Shown piece by piece: positions 9,251 through 17,628 of a DNA stretch of 32,000 bases (within the stretch, counting starts at the first letter, position 1; every line of letters begins with the position of its first letter). Source of the stretch: Sinorhizobium meliloti (GTDB lineage Bacteria > Pseudomonadota > Alphaproteobacteria > Rhizobiales > Rhizobiaceae); NCBI RefSeq assembly GCF_017876815.1, contig NZ_JAGIOS010000001.1, forward strand, positions 1,800,001 to 1,832,000, given 5' to 3'. The notes under the pieces are model-generated. The model had not been told where the DNA came from and did not search any database. It saw nothing but the letters and a program-made list of their open reading frames with translations. The position numbers were made by a program, and so were the translations under genes.

Positions 9251-9905
9251 TCTTCTGCTTCGCATAGGCAGCGCAACGCTCGACACGATGTACATGGTGG
9301 CGATCGCCGGCCTCGTGGGCTCGCTGATCGGGCTGCCGATCGGCATCTTCCTGGCGACCAGCGGCAAGGGCGAGCTGTTTCCCGCGCCCAATGTCAACCG
9401 CGCCGTGGGACTTGTGGTGAACGCGACGCGGTCGACGCCCTTCATCATTCTCGTCGTCGCGATCATTCCGTTGACGCGCCTCATCACCGGCACCTCCATC
9501 GGCACCAAAGCGGCGATCGTTCCTTTGACGATTGCGACCATTCCGTTCGTCGCCCGCCTTGTCGAGGCGGCGATCCGCGACGTCGACAAGGGGCTGATCG
9601 AGGCGGCGCGCGCCATGGGCGCCACCCCGATGCAGATCGTCTTCAAGGTCCTGCTCGCCGAATCACGGCCGGCGCTGACGCTGGCGCTCACCATGACGAT
9701 CGTCAGCCTCATCGGCTATTCGGCGATGGTCGGCGCCGTCGGCGGCGGCGGTCTCGGCGACCTGGGCATCCGCTACGGCTACCAGCGCTTCATGCCGGAC
9801 GTGATGCTCGTCGTGGTCGTCGTGCTCATCGTGCTCGTACAGCTCGTCCAGAGCGCCGGCGACCGGATGGCGCGGCGCTTCGACAAGCGCAGCCGCAAGA
9901 CCTGA
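9240..9905 (+). CDS. metI: methionine ABC transporter permease
   Basis: 221 aa. The ATG at 9240 overlaps the metN stop (ATGTCGCCTGA). The protein is multi-pass hydrophobic with an EAA-type loop ([21 protein letters not shown]). The track ORF start at 9141 lies inside metN. Confidence 0.88.
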   Translation: MSPDLLLRIGSATLDTMYMVAIAGLVGSLIGLPIGIFLATSGKGELFPAPNVNRAVGLVVNATRSTPFIILVVAIIPLTRLITGTSIGTKAAIVPLTIATIPFVARLVEAAIRDVDKGLIEAARAMGATPMQIVFKVLLAESRPALTLALTMTIVSLIGYSAMVGAVGGGGLGDLGIRYGYQRFMPDVMLVVVVVLIVLVQLVQSAGDRMARRFDKRSRKT

Positions 9906-9943
9906 TCCTTTCCAAGACACCAAACAGCAACAAGGAGACATCC

Positions 9944-10720
9944 ATGAAAAAGTTGATTCTCGCGGCGGCCTTCGCCGTCCTGGCTGCCGGCACGGCGCTC
10001 GCTGAGACCATCAAGGTCGGCGTCACCCCGGGCGAGCATGCCGAGATCATGGAGAAGGTGAAGGAAGTCGCCGCCCCCAAGGGCCTCGACATAGAGATCC
10101 TCGAATTCTCCGACTACGTGGTTCCCAACCAGGCGCTCGCCGACGGCGACCTCAATGCCAATTCCTTCCAGCACCAGCCCTATCTCGACAACCAGATCGC
10201 CGATCGTGGCTTCGACATCGTCAGCGTGGGCCTGACCATCACCACGCCGATGGGCGTCTATTCGAGCAAGGTTAAGAGCCTCGATGAGCTGGAGGACGGC
10301 GCGACGATCGCCATTCCGAACGACCCCACCAATGGCGGCCGCGCGCTCCTGGTTCTCGCATCGAAGGGCCTCATCAAGGTCAATCCGGATGCCGGGCTCA
10401 AGGTCACCCCGGCCGACGTGACGGAAAATCCGAAGAACATCGAGTTCGCCGAGCTCGACGCGGCCCAGCTGCCGCGCTCGCTGGCCGATGTCGACGCGGC
10501 CGTGATCAACACCAATTACGCGCTCGAGGCCGATCTTCACCCGAAGGAAGACGCCATCGCCATCGAAAGCGAGAAGTCTCCTTATGCCAACGTCATTGCG
10601 GTGCGTAGCGCAGACAAGGATGCGCCCTGGGTGAAGACGCTCGTCGAATCCTACCACGACGACAAGGTCAAGGCCTTCATCGTGGAGCACTTCAAGGGTG
10701 CGCTCATCCCGAGCTGGTGA
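9944..10720 (+). CDS. metQ: MetQ/NlpA-family methionine-binding periplasmic protein
   Basis: 258 aa with a signal peptide (MKKLILAAAFAVLAAGTALA) and MetQ-like sequence (IKVGVTPGEHAEI, NSFQHQPYLD). The RBS is AAGGAGA. Confidence 0.9.
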   Translation: MKKLILAAAFAVLAAGTALAETIKVGVTPGEHAEIMEKVKEVAAPKGLDIEILEFSDYVVPNQALADGDLNANSFQHQPYLDNQIADRGFDIVSVGLTITTPMGVYSSKVKSLDELEDGATIAIPNDPTNGGRALLVLASKGLIKVNPDAGLKVTPADVTENPKNIEFAELDAAQLPRSLADVDAAVINTNYALEADLHPKEDAIAIESEKSPYANVIAVRSADKDAPWVKTLVESYHDDKVKAFIVEHFKGALIPSW

Positions 10721-10787
10721 GCGGCGTTTGCCCCCTCTCCTCGGGTCTAACCCGAGGACTAACCCTCTCCCCGCGGGCGGCCACGGC

Positions 10788-10820
10788 ATGCCCCTCAACC
10801 GGCAGGCGGTTGAGGGGCAT
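10788..10820. repeat. 14-bp perfect stem-loop (REP-like, possible terminator) after metQ
   Basis: The stem is ATGCCCCTCAACCG-GCAGG-CGGTTGAGGGGCAT, with no T-run after it. Two smaller hairpins flank it (10738-10758 and about 10822-10838). Confidence 0.5.
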
Positions 10821-10862
10821 CGACCGGGTGAATCCGGTTAGACTGAACCAAGCAAAGCTCTA

Positions 10863-11915
10863 GAGCGGGATGCATTTAGGCGGAATCGGAAAGGGGATTC
10901 CTTTTTCTGCGCAAATCAGATTCACCATTCAGGCCGGTGAAGGAGGCCGGCCTTTATGGCGAGACCTTTTTCGAATGATCTTCGGGAACGCGTTGTCGAT
11001 GCGGTGACGGGCGAGGGCCTATCGTGCCGGGCAGCGGCCAAGCGCTTCGGCATCGGCATCAGCACCGCGATCGATTGGGTGCGGCGGTTTCGCGAGACGG
11101 GCAGCGCCGCACCCGGCCAGATGGGTGGGCACAAGCCCCGCAAGCTTTCCGGTCCGCACCGGGCTTGGCTGCTTTGCCGCTGCCGCGAGCGCGACTTCAC
11201 GCTGCACGGACTTGTCGCCGAGTTGAGCGAGCGCGGCCTGAAGGTGGATTATCGCGCCGTCTGGACCTTCGTGCACGAAGAGGGGTTGAGTTATAAAAAA
11301 AGACGCTGGTCGCCAGCGAACGGGAGCGGCCCGACGTCGCCCGCCACCGGGCACGATGGCTGAAGCACTGCCCCGGAATTGATCCCGCCCGCCTCGTTTT
11401 CATCGATGAGACCTGGACGAAGACGAACATGGCGCCGCTGCGGGGCTGGGCGCCTCGCGGCGAACGACTGGTGGGCTACGCCCCCTTCGGCCATTGGAAC
11501 ACCATGACCTTTGTCGCCGCACTCAGGGCCGACCGCGTCAGCGCTCCCTTTATCCTCGATGGCCCGATCAATGGCGAACGCTTCCGCATCTATGTCCAGC
11601 AAGTTCTGGTGCCGGAACTCAAAGCCGGCGACATCGTCATCCTGGACAATCTCGGCTCCCATAAGGGTCAGGAGATCCGCGCCGCCATCCGTAAGGCCGG
11701 CGCCCGCCTGTTCTTTCTGCCGAAATATTCCCCCGATCTCAATCCGATCGAAAAGCTCTTCGCCAAAATCAAGCACTGGTTGCGTGAGGCACAGGCCAGA
11801 TCACGCGACGCAATCCATGACGAACTGCGCCACATTCTCCAAGCCGTCACCCCACAGGAATGCGCAGCCTACTTCAAAGAGGCGGGATATGAACGGGCTT
11901 AAATACATACCGCTC
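10863..11915 (+). mobile_element. IS630-family insertion sequence, 1053 bp (ISRm2011-2-like)
   Basis: The 19-bp imperfect terminal inverted repeats are at 10863-10881 (GAGCGGGATGCATTTAGGC) and 11897-11915 (reverse complement GAGCGGTATGTATTTAAGC). TA dinucleotides flank both ends (10861-62 and 11916-17). The element encodes an HTH plus DDE transposase. Confidence 0.9.
10956..11902 (+). CDS. IS630-family DDE transposase, two frames joined by a -1 shift in the A7 run at 11295-11301
   Basis: OrfA (10956-11363) carries the HTH ([21 protein letters not shown]). Shifting -1 after TAT AAA AAA gives [50 protein letters not shown], which is continuous with the OrfB frame (ATG at 11429). The DDE residues sit in [13 protein letters not shown] and YSPDLNPIE. 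Confidence 0.85.
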
Positions 11916-12862
11916 TAGCTTCCGAGGTGCCGCGCGCCGCGCTTCTTCGCAAGCATGATCTGCCTCTGCCTCTGGCGGTAACGCTCGCGATCCTCTTCGG
12001 TGCGGGTGTCGTGGCAGTGGATGCAGGAGACGCCTTCCTCGTGAAGGGGCGACTGGAGGTCCTCGGGCGTCAGCGGCTGGCGGCAGGCATGGCAGAGCGT
12101 GTGTTCGCCTTCCTGCAGCCCGTGGGTGACGGACACGCGCTCGTCGAAGACGAAGCAGGCGCCTTCCCAGAGGCTCTCTTCCGGCGGTATTTCCTCGAGA
12201 TATTTGAGAATGCCGCCCTTGAGGTGATAGACCTCCTCGAAGCCCTGTTCCTTCATGAAGGCCGTCGCCTTCTCGCAGCGGATACCGCCGGTGCAGTACA
12301 TGGCGATCTTCGGCTTGTTGTGCAGGCCGCTATTGTTGCGCACCCACTCGGGAAATTCCCGGAAGGTCTTGGTCTTCGGGTCGACGGCTCCCTGGAAGAG
12401 GCCGATGGCCGTTTCGTAGTCGTTGCGCGTGTCGATGACCAGCGTTTCCGGATCGGAGATCAGCGCGTTCCAGTCCTTCGGCTCCACATAGGTGCCGACC
12501 ACCTTTTTGGGGTCGATGTTCTCGACGCCCATGGTGACGATCTCCTTCTTCAGGCGCACCTTCATGCGCAGGAAGGGCATGGCCGAGGCCCGGCTCTCCT
12601 TGTGTACCAGGCCGGCGAATTCCGGCTGCGCGCGGACACAGGCAAGGACCGCCGCAATGCCTTCTTCGGTGCCGGCGATCGTCCCGTTAATGCCCTCATG
12701 GGCCAGAAGCAGCGTTCCCTTCACCCCATTGGCATCGCAGATCGCCTGCAGCGGCTCGCGGAAATCGGCGAAGCGCGGAAAGGATACGAAATGGTAGAGG
12801 GCGGCCACCAGAAACTGGCCCGGCGTCTCCGGGCGGCGCGATGTCGTGAGCATGTCGGTCAT
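11915..12862 (-). CDS. trhO: rhodanese-domain tRNA U34 hydroxylase (UPF0176/YceA family)
   Basis: About 315 aa. It has [10 protein letters not shown], the rhodanese loop [10 protein letters not shown] and a C-terminal Cys cluster (CHACRQP...CIHCH). The start is uncertain: ATG 12862 is chosen, and GTG 12913 is the longest option. The TAG stop at 11915-11917 abuts the end of the IS. Confidence 0.8.
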   Translation of the reverse strand: MTDMLTTSRRPETPGQFLVAALYHFVSFPRFADFREPLQAICDANGVKGTLLLAHEGINGTIAGTEEGIAAVLACVRAQPEFAGLVHKESRASAMPFLRMKVRLKKEIVTMGVENIDPKKVVGTYVEPKDWNALISDPETLVIDTRNDYETAIGLFQGAVDPKTKTFREFPEWVRNNSGLHNKPKIAMYCTGGIRCEKATAFMKEQGFEEVYHLKGGILKYLEEIPPEESLWEGACFVFDERVSVTHGLQEGEHTLCHACRQPLTPEDLQSPLHEEGVSCIHCHDTRTEEDRERYRQRQRQIMLAKKRGARHLGS

Positions 12863-12940
12863 GCGGCACGCAAATACAGGTTTCGGGCGCCAAGTGCAAT
12901 TGCGGCGAATCACGCCTGAGCGCGGCTTTCAGTAAGTGTT

Positions 12941-13843
12941 CTACCTTCCGGCTTCGAGCCAGAGCAGTTCGAGGGTTCGGCTCTCCCTCCGCGGCCGGTC
13001 GAGAAAGACCGCATCCGCGCGCTTCAAGGCCTCACGCCTCAGCTCGTCCTGCCTGGCCGCGACATTCGAAAGAAGATGTTCCCTGCTGTTGCCCGCCAGG
13101 TCCGGCCGTTCGTCGACGAGCGACATCAATGCGGCGATGTCGTTCAGATGGCCGAGCACATCGACCAGTTCGCTCGCCTCGGTTCTCTTCGCCCGCATTG
13201 CCGACGGCCAGGCCTCGCGAAGCAGGGAGAGCTGCATCCGGTAATCCTGTGCGCCCTTGCGCAGGTCGTGAAACAGCGTCGTATCGGAGCTTGCCGCACA
13301 GGCCGCCCTGGCGCGTGCGGCGCGCCGCAATGTCTGCCGCCAGCCCTTCGCCAGGCGGCGGGCGGATTTCCGCCTTCCGTCATGGAAGGAAACATGAGCG
13401 AGTGCGGCGTGCGCCTTTCGGCAATTGACGATGGTTTCTTCGATCTTCCGGTCGAGATCGCCTTCGTCTTCGGCAATCCGGTCGCGCCGGCTTGCGAGGA
13501 TCGAGCAGATCTTGTCGAGGGCCAGCTGCTGCTCCTCGCTCGCCGCGTGCCGGCGCAGATACCCGGCATTCTCGACAAGCGCTGCCGCGTCGCGGAATGT
13601 CGAGAGACTGCGTGCCATGGCGCGGAAGCGGGCGTTTTCCTGCCTCTGGAAGAGTGGCGCATCCGCGGCCACGAGGCGATAGAGCGAGCGCAGGCGCTTG
13701 AAGCCCTTGCGTGCATCGTGGATCGCTTCATGCACGCCTTCGGGTTGGACCTCCAGCATCGCGATCGCGCGTTCGATCTGTTCCCCTCCGACGGCGCGGA
13801 AGTCCTCTGTAAAGGGGCGCTTCGGATGGAAGGCAAAGGTCAT
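12941..13843 (-). CDS. CHAD domain-containing protein
   Basis: 300 aa, helical and rich in Arg and His (EAIHDARKGFKRLRSLYRL, FHDLRKGAQDYRMQL), which is typical of CHAD. Its start overlaps the CYTH stop as ATGA (13840-13843). Confidence 0.8.
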   Translation of the reverse strand: MTFAFHPKRPFTEDFRAVGGEQIERAIAMLEVQPEGVHEAIHDARKGFKRLRSLYRLVAADAPLFQRQENARFRAMARSLSTFRDAAALVENAGYLRRHAASEEQQLALDKICSILASRRDRIAEDEGDLDRKIEETIVNCRKAHAALAHVSFHDGRRKSARRLAKGWRQTLRRAARARAACAASSDTTLFHDLRKGAQDYRMQLSLLREAWPSAMRAKRTEASELVDVLGHLNDIAALMSLVDERPDLAGNSREHLLSNVAARQDELRREALKRADAVFLDRPRRESRTLELLWLEAGR

Positions 13844-14313
13844 GTCTGCGCTTCCAGCAGTCCTTCGGTGGCAAGCGCCTGATTGGAGTAGCGGCGATCG
13901 CCGGTGATCTCGCGCCCCAGCCAGGCCGGCAGGTTGGGCAGGTCCGTTTCCCGCTTCATTTCGACTTCGGCGACTGTGAGCCCTTCAAGCGCGCCCTCAT
14001 AGACGTCGACCTCCCAGGTGAAACCCTTGTGCGGTATCCGGAAACGCCGCTTCTCGATGACGATGCCGATCGCCTGGGTCAATAATTCCCGCGCGTCATT
14101 CATGGGGAGATCGTATTCGTACTCGTTGCGGACGAGCGCCGATTTGCCGATCTTGATGGTCAGGCGTGCCCGCTTGTTGCCGTGAATGCGCACGCGTACG
14201 GAGCGGTCTTCCATGGTGACGACGTAGGCCTGACGTAGCCTGATGCCCTTGTCCGCGTGTTGCCGCCAGCCATCGGTGGCGACAAGAAACTTGCGCTCAA
14301 TCTCCTTTGCCAT
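13840..14313 (-). CDS. CYTH-domain triphosphate tunnel metalloenzyme
   Basis: 157 aa starting at the ATG at 14313, with an AGGAGA RBS. The N-terminus MAKEIERKFLV carries the ExExK CYTH signature. The longer track ORF (to 14394) has no RBS. Confidence 0.85.
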   Translation of the reverse strand: MAKEIERKFLVATDGWRQHADKGIRLRQAYVVTMEDRSVRVRIHGNKRARLTIKIGKSALVRNEYEYDLPMNDARELLTQAIGIVIEKRRFRIPHKGFTWEVDVYEGALEGLTVAEVEMKRETDLPNLPAWLGREITGDRRYSNQALATEGLLEAQT

Positions 14314-14451
14314 GGATCTCCTGCCATTTCGAGAAGTCGGCCGGCACAGACTACCGTTTAATCGATGTCGCTCAAGTCTTGTCCCTTCGATCACGATGAT
14401 TTTAGATCGGATGGACCTGAAATCGTGAACGTGATCGGTCCTGACAAGTTA

Positions 14452-14498
14452 GAGCGGAAGCGGGCGGAATAGCGCGAACCGTTTTCCGGGGCGCGATC
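14452..14498. repeat. 47-bp miniature element related to IS630 terminal repeats, flanked by TA on both sides
   Basis: The sequence is TA-GAGCGGAAGCGGGCGGAATAGCG...CGGGGCGCGATC-TA. It shares the GAGCGG and GGCGGAAT blocks with the left IR of the IS at 10863. Confidence 0.45.
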
Positions 14499-14607
14499 TA
14501 CCGCAGATGGTTTCTCTTCGGCGGCAGAGTAGCTTTCAGGCTCGACAACCGCAGACCGGCACGCTATGCGAGGGGCATTATTCAATCGTTTTAAAAGGAC
14601 GATCGGC

Positions 14608-15246
14608 ATGAGCGCGAAAACGGACAAGCTTCTCTCCATCCTCAAGCTGCAGCCGGTGGTTCCGGTCTTGGTGATCGATGATGCGGGGTCGGCGGTACCG
14701 CTCGCGCGGGCGCTGGTCGCCGGAGGCCTCAAGGCGATCGAGATCACCTTGCGCACGCCGGCCGCGCTGGAGGTGATCCGTGCCGTCGCGAATGAGGTTG
14801 AGGGCGCCGTTGCCGGTGCCGGCACCATCCTCAATGCTGCCCAGTTCGAAGAGGCCGTCGCGGCCGGGTCGCAGTTCATCGTCAGCCCCGGCACGACGCA
14901 GGAACTGATCGACGTCGCCAACGATCACGAGGTGCCGCTGCTACCGGGTGCGGCGACGGCGAGCGAGGTCATGGGGCTGCGCGAGGAGGGCTACGATGTG
15001 ATGAAGTTCTTCCCGGCCGAGCAGGCCGGAGGCGCTGCCTATCTGAAATCGCTGTCGTCGCCGCTCGCAGGCACCATGTTCTGCCCGACCGGCGGAATCT
15101 CGCTTGCCAATGCGCGCGACTACCTGACGCTTCCGAACGTCGTTTGCGTCGGCGGCTCCTGGGTTGCGCCGAAGGACCTGGTCGTCAGGGGCGACTGGGC
15201 CGGCATCACCAAGCTTGCGGCCGAGGCCTTCGCGCTCAAGGGCTGA
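14608..15246 (+). CDS. eda: 2-dehydro-3-deoxyphosphogluconate (KDPG) / KHG aldolase
   Basis: 212 aa starting at the ATG at 14608, preceded by AAAAGGA. It shows the Eda motifs PVLVIDD, IEITLRTPAA, GAGTILN and the Schiff-base region MKFFPAE. Confidence 0.9.
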   Translation: MSAKTDKLLSILKLQPVVPVLVIDDAGSAVPLARALVAGGLKAIEITLRTPAALEVIRAVANEVEGAVAGAGTILNAAQFEEAVAAGSQFIVSPGTTQELIDVANDHEVPLLPGAATASEVMGLREEGYDVMKFFPAEQAGGAAYLKSLSSPLAGTMFCPTGGISLANARDYLTLPNVVCVGGSWVAPKDLVVRGDWAGITKLAAEAFALKG

Positions 15247-15255
15247 TCCTAGTTA

Positions 15256-15304
15256 GAGCGGGACGAGGAAAAGTGTGCCGTTTTCCGCCTGCATCCCGCG
15301 TCTC
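15256..15304. repeat. 49-bp miniature inverted-repeat element related to IS630 terminal repeats
   Basis: The left end is TA-GAGCGGGACGAGG. The reverse complement of the right end is GAGACGCGGGATGCAGGCGGAAAACGG, which shares the CGGGATGCA and GGCGGAA blocks with the IS left IR. The internal sequence is GAAAAGTGTGCCGTTTTCC. Confidence 0.5.
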
Positions 15305-15487
15305 AACTTCTTGGAATCGATCACGCCGGCACGCGATGGAAGAAGGCCGGCATTCGTCCGGCCATTTCATTCTTCACGCCGGTTTGTATTTCCGTGGCAA
15401 CGTTCCTATGTCTCAATCGGCCAACGACGGAGCGGGGTGGGGCGTTCATGCCTGCCATCGCGCATGGACCGAAAAGGAGCAAGCCTG

Positions 15488-16192
15488 ATGTTCGACGCGA
15501 AGAAATTGCTGGATCAGTTCCTGGGATCGCAGGTGCCCGGCGCCGGAGGGACCGTCCGCGGCCGGGCGGATCAGGTGACCAAAGTCGCGAAAGACAATCC
15601 GCTTGCCAGCGGCGCGATCGCCGCGGTCCTGCTCGGCACGAAATCCGGACGCAAGCTGGCCGGCAATGCCGCCGTCCTCGGCGGTCTCGCCGCGATCGCC
15701 GGCCTCGGCTATCAGGCCTACAAGAACTACCAGTCCGGCAAGGAGCCGGTGGCCGAGCCCGCACCACGCGCACCGGCGCAGTTGCCGGCGCCGCCCGCCG
15801 ACTCCGGCTTCGCCGCGCCGGAAGCGCTGAGCGACGACTTCGCGCTCGTTCTGGTGCGCGCCATGATCGCCGCCGCGCGCGCGGATGGCCATATCGACGG
15901 CACCGAGCGCGGCCGCATCATGGACAAGCTATCCGTTTCGGGCCTTTCCGCGGATGCGGCGGCCTTCCTGGAAGCGGAGCTCGTCAACCCGATCGATCTC
16001 GACGCCATCATCTCCGCCGGGAAGACGGAGGAGGAGCGGGTGGAGATCTATACGGCCTCCCGTCTCGCGATCGAGCCGGACGGCCGGGCCGAGCGCGGCT
16101 ATCTCGATCTGCTTGCCGGGCGGCTCGGCCTGGCCGATGCGCTCGTCGACCACATCGAGGCGACGGTTTCTGCGGCAAAGATTCCGGCTTGA
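15488..16192 (+). CDS. DUF533 / TerB-like (YebE-type) inner-membrane-associated protein
   Basis: 234 aa starting at the ATG at 15488, preceded by AAGGAG. The N-terminus is MFDAKKLLDQFLGS. It has a Gly/Ala-rich hydrophobic segment, a Pro/Ala linker and a C-terminal TerB-like domain (LVLVRAMIAAARADGHIDGTERGRI). Confidence 0.75.
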   Translation: MFDAKKLLDQFLGSQVPGAGGTVRGRADQVTKVAKDNPLASGAIAAVLLGTKSGRKLAGNAAVLGGLAAIAGLGYQAYKNYQSGKEPVAEPAPRAPAQLPAPPADSGFAAPEALSDDFALVLVRAMIAAARADGHIDGTERGRIMDKLSVSGLSADAAAFLEAELVNPIDLDAIISAGKTEEERVEIYTASRLAIEPDGRAERGYLDLLAGRLGLADALVDHIEATVSAAKIPA

Positions 16193-16199
16193 ACGAATT

Positions 16200-16230
16200 C
16201 ATGAGCGGGCGTCGATCCGTTCCGCTCATG
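16200..16230 (+). terminator. 9-bp perfect stem-loop after the DUF533 gene (possible terminator, no T-run)
   Basis: The stem is CATGAGCGG-N13-CCGCTCATG, read directly from the sequence. Confidence 0.35.
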
Positions 16231-16309
16231 GGTCGCATCACGAGTTTGAATTTGTCACCGCCCTGCGTCTGTCCTATGGCCAGTGCGAATGCAAACGCGG
16301 GAGCAGTTG

Positions 16310-17008
16310 ATGCGTGATCTTGCCCACTGGAAAGGATGCTCGGCGCCGAAACCGGTGCTCATCGAGGGGCGATACGTCCTTGTCGAGCCCTATGATCGGG
16401 CGAAACATCTGAACGCCCTCTGGAGCGATGCCTTCGGCGGCATGGCCATCAACCCTCTGCTCAAATATTTCTCCCAGGAGGATTTTTCGGGCATAGAGGA
16501 TTTCGACACCTGGCTTTCGGCGGTTCAGCAGAAGTCGGGCTGGGTGACCGAGGTCTTTCGCGAGAAGGCGAGCGGCAAGGTCGTCGGCATGGCAAACTAC
16601 ATGCGCGCCGATCCCGCCAACGGCGTCGTCGAGGTCGGCGGCGTCGCGCATGGGTCCGCCATGGCGCGATCGCCGCTTTCGACTGAAGCGCACTATCTCA
16701 TGGCCAGGCATGTGTTCGACGACCTCGGCTATAGGCGCTATGAATGGAAGTGCCACAGCGAAAATCAGGCGAGCCGCACCACCGCGGCGCGCCTCGGCTT
16801 CATCTTCGAAGGCATTTTCCGTCAGCACATGGTTTCGAAACGCGCCAATCGCGATACGGCCTGGTTCTCGATGATCGATCGCGAATGGCCGCTCATCAAG
16901 ACCGCTTTCGAGCAGTGGCTTTCGCCCGACAATTTCGATCGCGACGGACGCCAGAAGCAGCGCCTCGAGGATATCCGCGCAACGCTTGCGCAGGAGGAAC
17001 GAAGGTGA
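16310..17008 (+). CDS. GNAT-family N-acetyltransferase (RimJ/RimL-like)
   Basis: About 232 aa. It has an acetyltransferase core (YRRYEWKCHSENQASRTTAARLGFIFEGIFRQH). The ATG at 16310 has GGGAG 8 nt upstream. The alternatives GTG 16283 and ATG 16289 lack an RBS. Confidence 0.8.
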   Translation: MRDLAHWKGCSAPKPVLIEGRYVLVEPYDRAKHLNALWSDAFGGMAINPLLKYFSQEDFSGIEDFDTWLSAVQQKSGWVTEVFREKASGKVVGMANYMRADPANGVVEVGGVAHGSAMARSPLSTEAHYLMARHVFDDLGYRRYEWKCHSENQASRTTAARLGFIFEGIFRQHMVSKRANRDTAWFSMIDREWPLIKTAFEQWLSPDNFDRDGRQKQRLEDIRATLAQEERR

Positions 17009-17217
17009 GCACGCCCGAGAAGGAGAAATCGCCCGCCGTCGCGGCAGCCATCATTCTGCTGGTGGTCGGGATCGGCTTCTTTGCGCTGCCCTCGATCATG
17101 GTGAGGCTCGGCGACATATCCCCATGGCTTGCGGCCGCCGTCGGCTGCCTATTCGTGATAGCCTTCTTCCTGATCTTCTGGCTGCGCGCCCGGTATCAGC
17201 GCCGGAAGGGACTGTGA
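17005..17217 (+). CDS. small two-helix membrane protein (70 aa), hypothetical
   Basis: The GTG at 17005 overlaps the GNAT stop (GTGA), with AGGAGGA at 16992-16998. There are two hydrophobic helices (AVAAAIILLVVGIGFFALPSIMV and WLAAAVGCLFVIAFFLIFWL) followed by a basic tail. Codons are GC3-rich. Confidence 0.55.
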   Translation: MSTPEKEKSPAVAAAIILLVVGIGFFALPSIMVRLGDISPWLAAAVGCLFVIAFFLIFWLRARYQRRKGL

Positions 17218-17340
17218 GTCTCCGGTCGGCTATTTCCGCATATTCTATTGAAGGTGCGGGTGCTGCGGGTCAGTTCGGATACCTTCAAGAGCGGGTACCG
17301 ACATTCTCGTCGAACGTGCCAGCGTAAACTGCTTCTGGTG

Positions 17341-17383
17341 AGGATATGAAAAGAAGGATATTATAATATCCTCGAAAGGATAT
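17341..17383. promoter_or_regulatory. vapBC operator array: four AGGATAT half-sites including an 18-bp perfect palindrome
   Basis: AGGATAT occurs at 17341-47, 17355-61 and 17377-83, and inverted (ATATCCT) at 17366-72. The segment 17355-17372 (AGGATATTATAATATCCT) is a perfect palindrome in an AT-rich patch directly upstream of vapB. Confidence 0.55.
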
Positions 17384-17388
17384 ACTGT

Positions 17389-17628
17389 ATGCCGCTCTAT
17401 ATCAAGGATCCCGAGGTCGACCGGCTGGCCGAGGAGCTTATCAGCCTGACCAAATCCAGCAAGGTGGATGCGGTCAAGGACGCGCTCAAGCATGAGATAG
17501 CCAAACGTAAGGCCGTTCTTCCTGTCCGAGAACGCCTTGCAAAATCCCTTGCCATGGCGCGCGAGGCCGGTCCCTTTGCCCCCGGCAACCACAAGCGGGA
17601 AACCGACGACATGTGGGGCGATGACTGA
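17389..17628 (+). CDS. vapB: type II antitoxin, VapB family (Rv0623/PSK-like)
   Basis: 79 aa with the N-terminus MPLYIKDPEVDRLAEELISLTKSSKVDAVKDAL, characteristic of this antitoxin family. Its stop overlaps the vapC start by 1 nt (TGATG). Confidence 0.8.
   Translation: MPLYIKDPEVDRLAEELISLTKSSKVDAVKDALKHEIAKRKAVLPVRERLAKSLAMAREAGPFAPGNHKRETDDMWGDD

Noticed and set aside
8387-9712. A 441-aa ORF antisense to metN and metI. Similar long antisense or alternative-frame ORFs occur at 4989-6293(-), 2688-3590(-), 3663-4829(-), 18178-19356(+), 20012-20983(+), 25987-27030(+), 26961-27926(+) and 28568-29857(-).
   Set aside because: Each lies opposite or out of frame to a gene with clear family motifs. 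Their translations are Arg/Ala/Gly/Pro-rich low-complexity sequence with no recognisable domain and no RBS. This is the typical shadow-ORF behaviour of GC-rich DNA.
15394-16317. A 307-aa plus-strand ORF overlapping the DUF533 gene in another frame.
   Set aside because: It is an Arg/Gly/Pro-rich shadow. The DUF533 frame has an AAGGAG RBS and recognisable TerB-like sequence.
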